Sequence record: NC_071152.1
From: Klebsiella phage VLCpiS13a
Strand: one strand, 5' to 3'
Length of the DNA stretch: 47,956 nucleotides
The notes beneath the pieces were generated by a model that searched no databases, had not been told where the DNA came from, and saw nothing but the letters and a program-made list of their open reading frames with translations. How positions within the stretch are numbered: position 1 is the stretch's first letter; each line of letters opens with the position of its first letter. This document shows positions 45,596 to 47,956 of the stretch, piece after piece. Both the position numbers and the translations under genes were made by a program.

Positions 45596-46064
45596 CTGGA
45601 AAATCATTGCATCCATTATCGGCGCCGCACTTCTGGCGCTGATTATCTATGGAAAGTGGGTAAATTATGGCAAGGAGCAATATAATTCCGGTTATCTGGC
45701 CGCCACAGAGGCGCAGAAGGTAAAAGACAAAGAGGCAAGCGAACAACATGAGCAAGACAAAAAGACAATCGAGCAGGAAGCGCAGAGTCGCATTGATGCT
45801 GCGCGTGCTGACGCTTCCGCTGCTGCTGTTAAGTCTGGCAGGTTGCAGCAACAGCTCGCCACAATCAGAAAGCAGCTCGTCGATTATTCCCGCACTGAGT
45901 CCATTGGCAATCCAACCTCAAACACCGGAGTTTTGCTTGCCGACGTGCTCAGCAAATCTGTCGAAAGAAACAGACAATTGGCAGAATATGCTGACTCAGC
46001 AAGAGAAGCAGGATTGACTTGTCAGGCGCAATATAACTCTCTGAGGTCAGTTAATGCTAAATAA
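45570..46064 (+). CDS. i-spanin (Rz-like)
   Basis: N-terminal TM then coiled-coil; o-spanin embedded in +1 frame. Confidence 0.65.
   Translation: MILQILRTNWKIIASIIGAALLALIIYGKWVNYGKEQYNSGYLAATEAQKVKDKEASEQHEQDKKTIEQEAQSRIDAARADASAAAVKSGRLQQQLATIRKQLVDYSRTESIGNPTSNTGVLLADVLSKSVERNRQLAEYADSAREAGLTCQAQYNSLRSVNAK
45748..46017 (+). CDS. o-spanin (Rz1-like lipoprotein) embedded in i-spanin gene
   Basis: Lipobox LLLLSLAGCS, Pro/Ser-rich mature part. Confidence 0.65.
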   Translation: MSKTKRQSSRKRRVALMLRVLTLPLLLLSLAGCSNSSPQSESSSSIIPALSPLAIQPQTPEFCLPTCSANLSKETDNWQNMLTQQEKQD

Positions 46065-46201
46065 AGAGAAGCGCGAGGAGTATGACAGACTGGCGGCCAA
46101 TGTGGCGCTAGGCAGGGCTGGTTATCAACCAGCACGCAAAAGCCGGTATAGCAAATCAGCGAAAGATAAATGGGGTGTGGCGCCAGAATTTCTGTAGCAA
46201 T

Positions 46202-46232
46202 AAAAAAAGCCCCGTAAAGGGGCTTTGTTTTA
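46202..46232. terminator. bidirectional rho-independent terminator
   Basis: AAAAAAAGCCCC-GTAAA-GGGGCTTTGTTTT. Confidence 0.75.
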
Positions 46233-46379
46233 CAGGTCATTAAGCCTGTCGACAATCTTGCTTCCTGCGCTCTCAAGGTCTTTATCTTCAAAGCCATCAG
46301 CCCACGCCTGCTTGATACACTCCATTACCTGATTAAGCCCACCCTCAGTGAACTCAACAACATACTTTTTCTCTTCCAT
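46230..46379 (-). CDS. hypothetical 49-aa acidic protein
   Basis: last gene of leftward cassette, ends in terminator. Confidence 0.3.
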   Translation of the reverse strand: MEEKKYVVEFTEGGLNQVMECIKQAWADGFEDKDLESAGSKIVDRLNDL

Positions 46380-46386
46380 TTTTCAC

Positions 46387-46602
46387 TCACTCATACAGTG
46401 GTTTAATTTTATATCCAAACATTACTGCGTTCTGATGCTCAACACTACCAGCAAAAGCCAGATAGCGGCGCCCACGATTACTGGTGATGATGTAGGCTGC
46501 TGGCTCCGCAAGCCTCGGGACATGATAATCTCGCCGGGCAGGTTCCTGTAACTCTACCATGTCAATTTCAATGCGTAGCGCGGGGTCTTGCGTTGCCATC
46601 AC
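46387..46602 (-). CDS. hypothetical protein
   Basis: ATGA overlap with upstream gene. Confidence 0.45.
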   Translation of the reverse strand: MMATQDPALRIEIDMVELQEPARRDYHVPRLAEPAAYIITSNRGRRYLAFAGSVEHQNAVMFGYKIKPLYE

Positions 46603-47153
46603 TTTACTTCCCCATTCAGTTCATTAACAATTAATGTTGCATAGCCAGCGATGTCTTTCCAGCTATCGTCGTATGTCGGGTCGCCATTCAGGATGCGGCC
46701 GATTTTATGCTGAATCATGTCGAGCGCTTCCTTCTGGCTTGCCGTCAGGTTGTTCCAGCCGTCAACGTCGCGCATAGTGTCTTTCAGTGACTGCATGATA
46801 TCCGCACCGTCTTTGAATTTGCCATAGCGATTGCCGCGCTCGGTGATGAGGGCTTCTGTTCCGTTGCTGTTGCCAAGGTTGACCTCATACCACTTGCCGT
46901 CGATTGTCAATTCACCAGCCTTCAGGCGGCATTCTGATGAGCCAATACGTCCATTCAAATCATCCTCATCAGCTATTGGCTCACGATGGGCAATAACAAT
47001 ATCGCCAGACCTTTCGATATCCTTATCCCGGCCTGCGTAATCCAAACCGAGATGGTATACCATGCCAGTGGATTCTGATTTCACAACAAAACAAGCGCCG
47101 CCATAGCCGTCAAAATCAGCTTCATTTCCTTTATAGTATTTGTATTTCATCAC
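46599..47153 (-). CDS. hypothetical 184-aa protein
   Basis: Conserved-looking C-terminal helix pair QKEALDMIQHKIGRIL ... DSWKDIAGYATL; family not recognised. Confidence 0.55.
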   Translation of the reverse strand: MMKYKYYKGNEADFDGYGGACFVVKSESTGMVYHLGLDYAGRDKDIERSGDIVIAHREPIADEDDLNGRIGSSECRLKAGELTIDGKWYEVNLGNSNGTEALITERGNRYGKFKDGADIMQSLKDTMRDVDGWNNLTASQKEALDMIQHKIGRILNGDPTYDDSWKDIAGYATLIVNELNGEVK

Positions 47154-47347
47154 TCATTCACCCCACTCTCTTCAATTATTTTAATTTCAATCTGCGCAAC
47201 GCGAGCATCCGGCCCATTGTCGTGCTCAATCAGATGCGCCCATGCATCGATGCGATTGTTGAATACCCGGAAGCTGACGCCGTGCTTTTCATTTTCAGTC
47301 ATCGCACTCCCGCCACTGTTATCAAGAACGATAAACTTCATCATCAC
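47150..47347 (-). CDS. hypothetical small protein
   Basis: ATGA overlaps both sides. Confidence 0.45.
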   Translation of the reverse strand: MMMKFIVLDNSGGSAMTENEKHGVSFRVFNNRIDAWAHLIEHDNGPDARVAQIEIKIIEESGVNE

Positions 47348-47544
47348 TCCACCCTCAACGTAACTTTGTTTTTCTCATCTACGCTGAAGTGCTCACGCAC
47401 AAACGCATACATTTCTTCAGCGCTCCATTCCCGCATTGCTACATAGCAGTGCGCGTAATATCTGACATCTCGCAGGCTTAACGGCTGGCGCTTAGCGATA
47501 ATCTCAGTCAGTACTTCCAGTGGTTCTTTGCGTTGTCTCGCCAT
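47344..47544 (-). CDS. hypothetical small protein (first gene of cassette)
   Basis: SD AGGAGA before ATG 47544. Confidence 0.5.
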   Translation of the reverse strand: MARQRKEPLEVLTEIIAKRQPLSLRDVRYYAHCYVAMREWSAEEMYAFVREHFSVDEKNKVTLRVE

Positions 47545-47568
47545 TGTCGTTCTCCTGTGAAAATCATC

Positions 47569-47588
47569 TTGACGAATCTACGTCAATT
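47569..47588. promoter_or_regulatory. palindromic -35 pair TTGACG-aatcta-CGTCAA (divergent promoter core)
   Basis: Same TTGACGTAGATTC element as other leftward promoters, here with a mirrored TTGACG on the plus strand. Confidence 0.45.
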
Positions 47589-47621
47589 AGTCAATACTCT
47601 GTGTTGTAGATTGTACCATAA

Positions 47622-47630
47622 TGATAAAAG
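47622..47630 (+). promoter_or_regulatory. extended -10 promoter TGATAAAAG
   Basis: 13 nt upstream of SD/ATG 47641. Confidence 0.3.
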
Positions 47631-47640
47631 GTGGTGTGGA

Positions 47641-47856
47641 ATGAAGAAGTGGCAGGAGGTGACAGAGATTCATAAGCGAGATTGCCGGGAGACTCTGCAA
47701 ATGCTTAATGTACCAGAGTCAATCATTAAATCTATCGAGCAGCGCATTGACCTGGCTGCTATGGAGGCAGCCCATGAAGCCGAGGAAGCGCAAATGTTGT
47801 CATGGATGGACAGAACTCTACCGGGAGTTTTACATCGTGGTAAGACTTCCGATTGA
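47641..47856 (+). CDS. hypothetical small protein
   Basis: SD AAGGTGGTG; 72 aa. Confidence 0.5.
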   Translation: MKKWQEVTEIHKRDCRETLQMLNVPESIIKSIEQRIDLAAMEAAHEAEEAQMLSWMDRTLPGVLHRGKTSD

Positions 47857-47939
47857 AGATGATGACGGGTATCTGCACAACCATAGTCAGGTACTCAAAT
47901 ATTATGGCGTTCACTACAAAGCGCTGATGGAGAGAAAAA

Positions 47940-47956
47940 ATGACTACTGATCAGGT
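47940..47956 (+). CDS. N-terminal fragment of gene continuing past window end (joins 1..175 if circular)
   Basis: ATGACTACTGATCAGG in same phase as first partial ORF. Confidence 0.35.

Noticed and set aside
47837-47950. GTG-initiated ~37-aa ORF (VVRLPIEDDDGYLHNHSQVLKYYGVHYKALMERKNDY) overlapping end of gene 47641-47856, part of listed ORF 47708-47950
   Set aside because: Upstream part of that frame is junk and there is no ATG or SD; could be a real small gene or frameshift product but evidence is insufficient
1-47956. Search for integrase, repressor/attP, toxin-antitoxin pairs or known defence systems
   Set aside because: No tyrosine/serine recombinase motifs, no CI-like repressor plus operator triplets and no recognisable TA or CBASS/RM signatures seen; phage is most likely virulent

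Overview
This window looks like a near-complete, probably circularly permuted ~48 kb genome of a virulent T1-like (Drexlerviridae-style) siphophage. The reading frame of the last ORF (ATG 47940) runs in phase into the first partial ORF (ends 175), which is the evidence for a permuted circular assembly. No integrase, attachment site or CRISPR array was seen. All protein-family calls below come from motif recognition by eye and have not been searched against any database.

The rightward modules, in order, are:
- a head module with protease/scaffold and major capsid genes (2220-6281);
- head-tail joining genes (8031-10002) and two tandem leftward tRNA-like genes (10003-10160);
- a tail module (10592-25005) comprising a major tail protein with an Ig-like domain, chaperone, tape measure protein, M/L/K-like minor tail proteins, a J-like tip protein and a long tail fiber with a C-terminal intramolecular-chaperone domain;
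- a coupled early operon of 11 small genes (34050-36705);
- packaging genes: small and large terminase, portal and a head morphogenesis protein (36807-43410);
- a lysis cassette of endolysin, a holin-like protein and nested spanins (44904-46064).

A leftward recombination/replication module runs from 25050 to 33611: SSB, Sak4-like ATPase, PD-(D/E)XK exonuclease, VRR-NUC nuclease, SF2 helicase, an HNH-AP2 homing endonuclease and a DUF3987-like protein. A primase sits rightward at 30683.

The unusual content is concentrated in five compact leftward cassettes, each with its own promoter and terminator, wedged between structural genes. The strongest observation is a cassette at 6311-7818 that encodes a truncated homolog of the host beta sliding clamp (DnaN): domain II plus the C-terminal half of domain III, ending in the canonical VMPMR motif. 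Other notable items are:
- an HslV-like Ntn-hydrolase peptidase (39466-39954) between the large terminase and portal genes;
- a homing-endonuclease-like gene in the tail cluster whose two halves are split at an A8 tract;
- a conserved promoter element, TTGACGTAGATTGA, reused at eight or more early promoters;
- widespread extended -10 promoters of the form TGnTA(T/A)AAT;
- an origin-like region of G-tracts, an AT-rich stretch and a palindrome (33660-34020);
- TAGCGGAA direct repeats at the start of the small terminase gene, a possible pac site.
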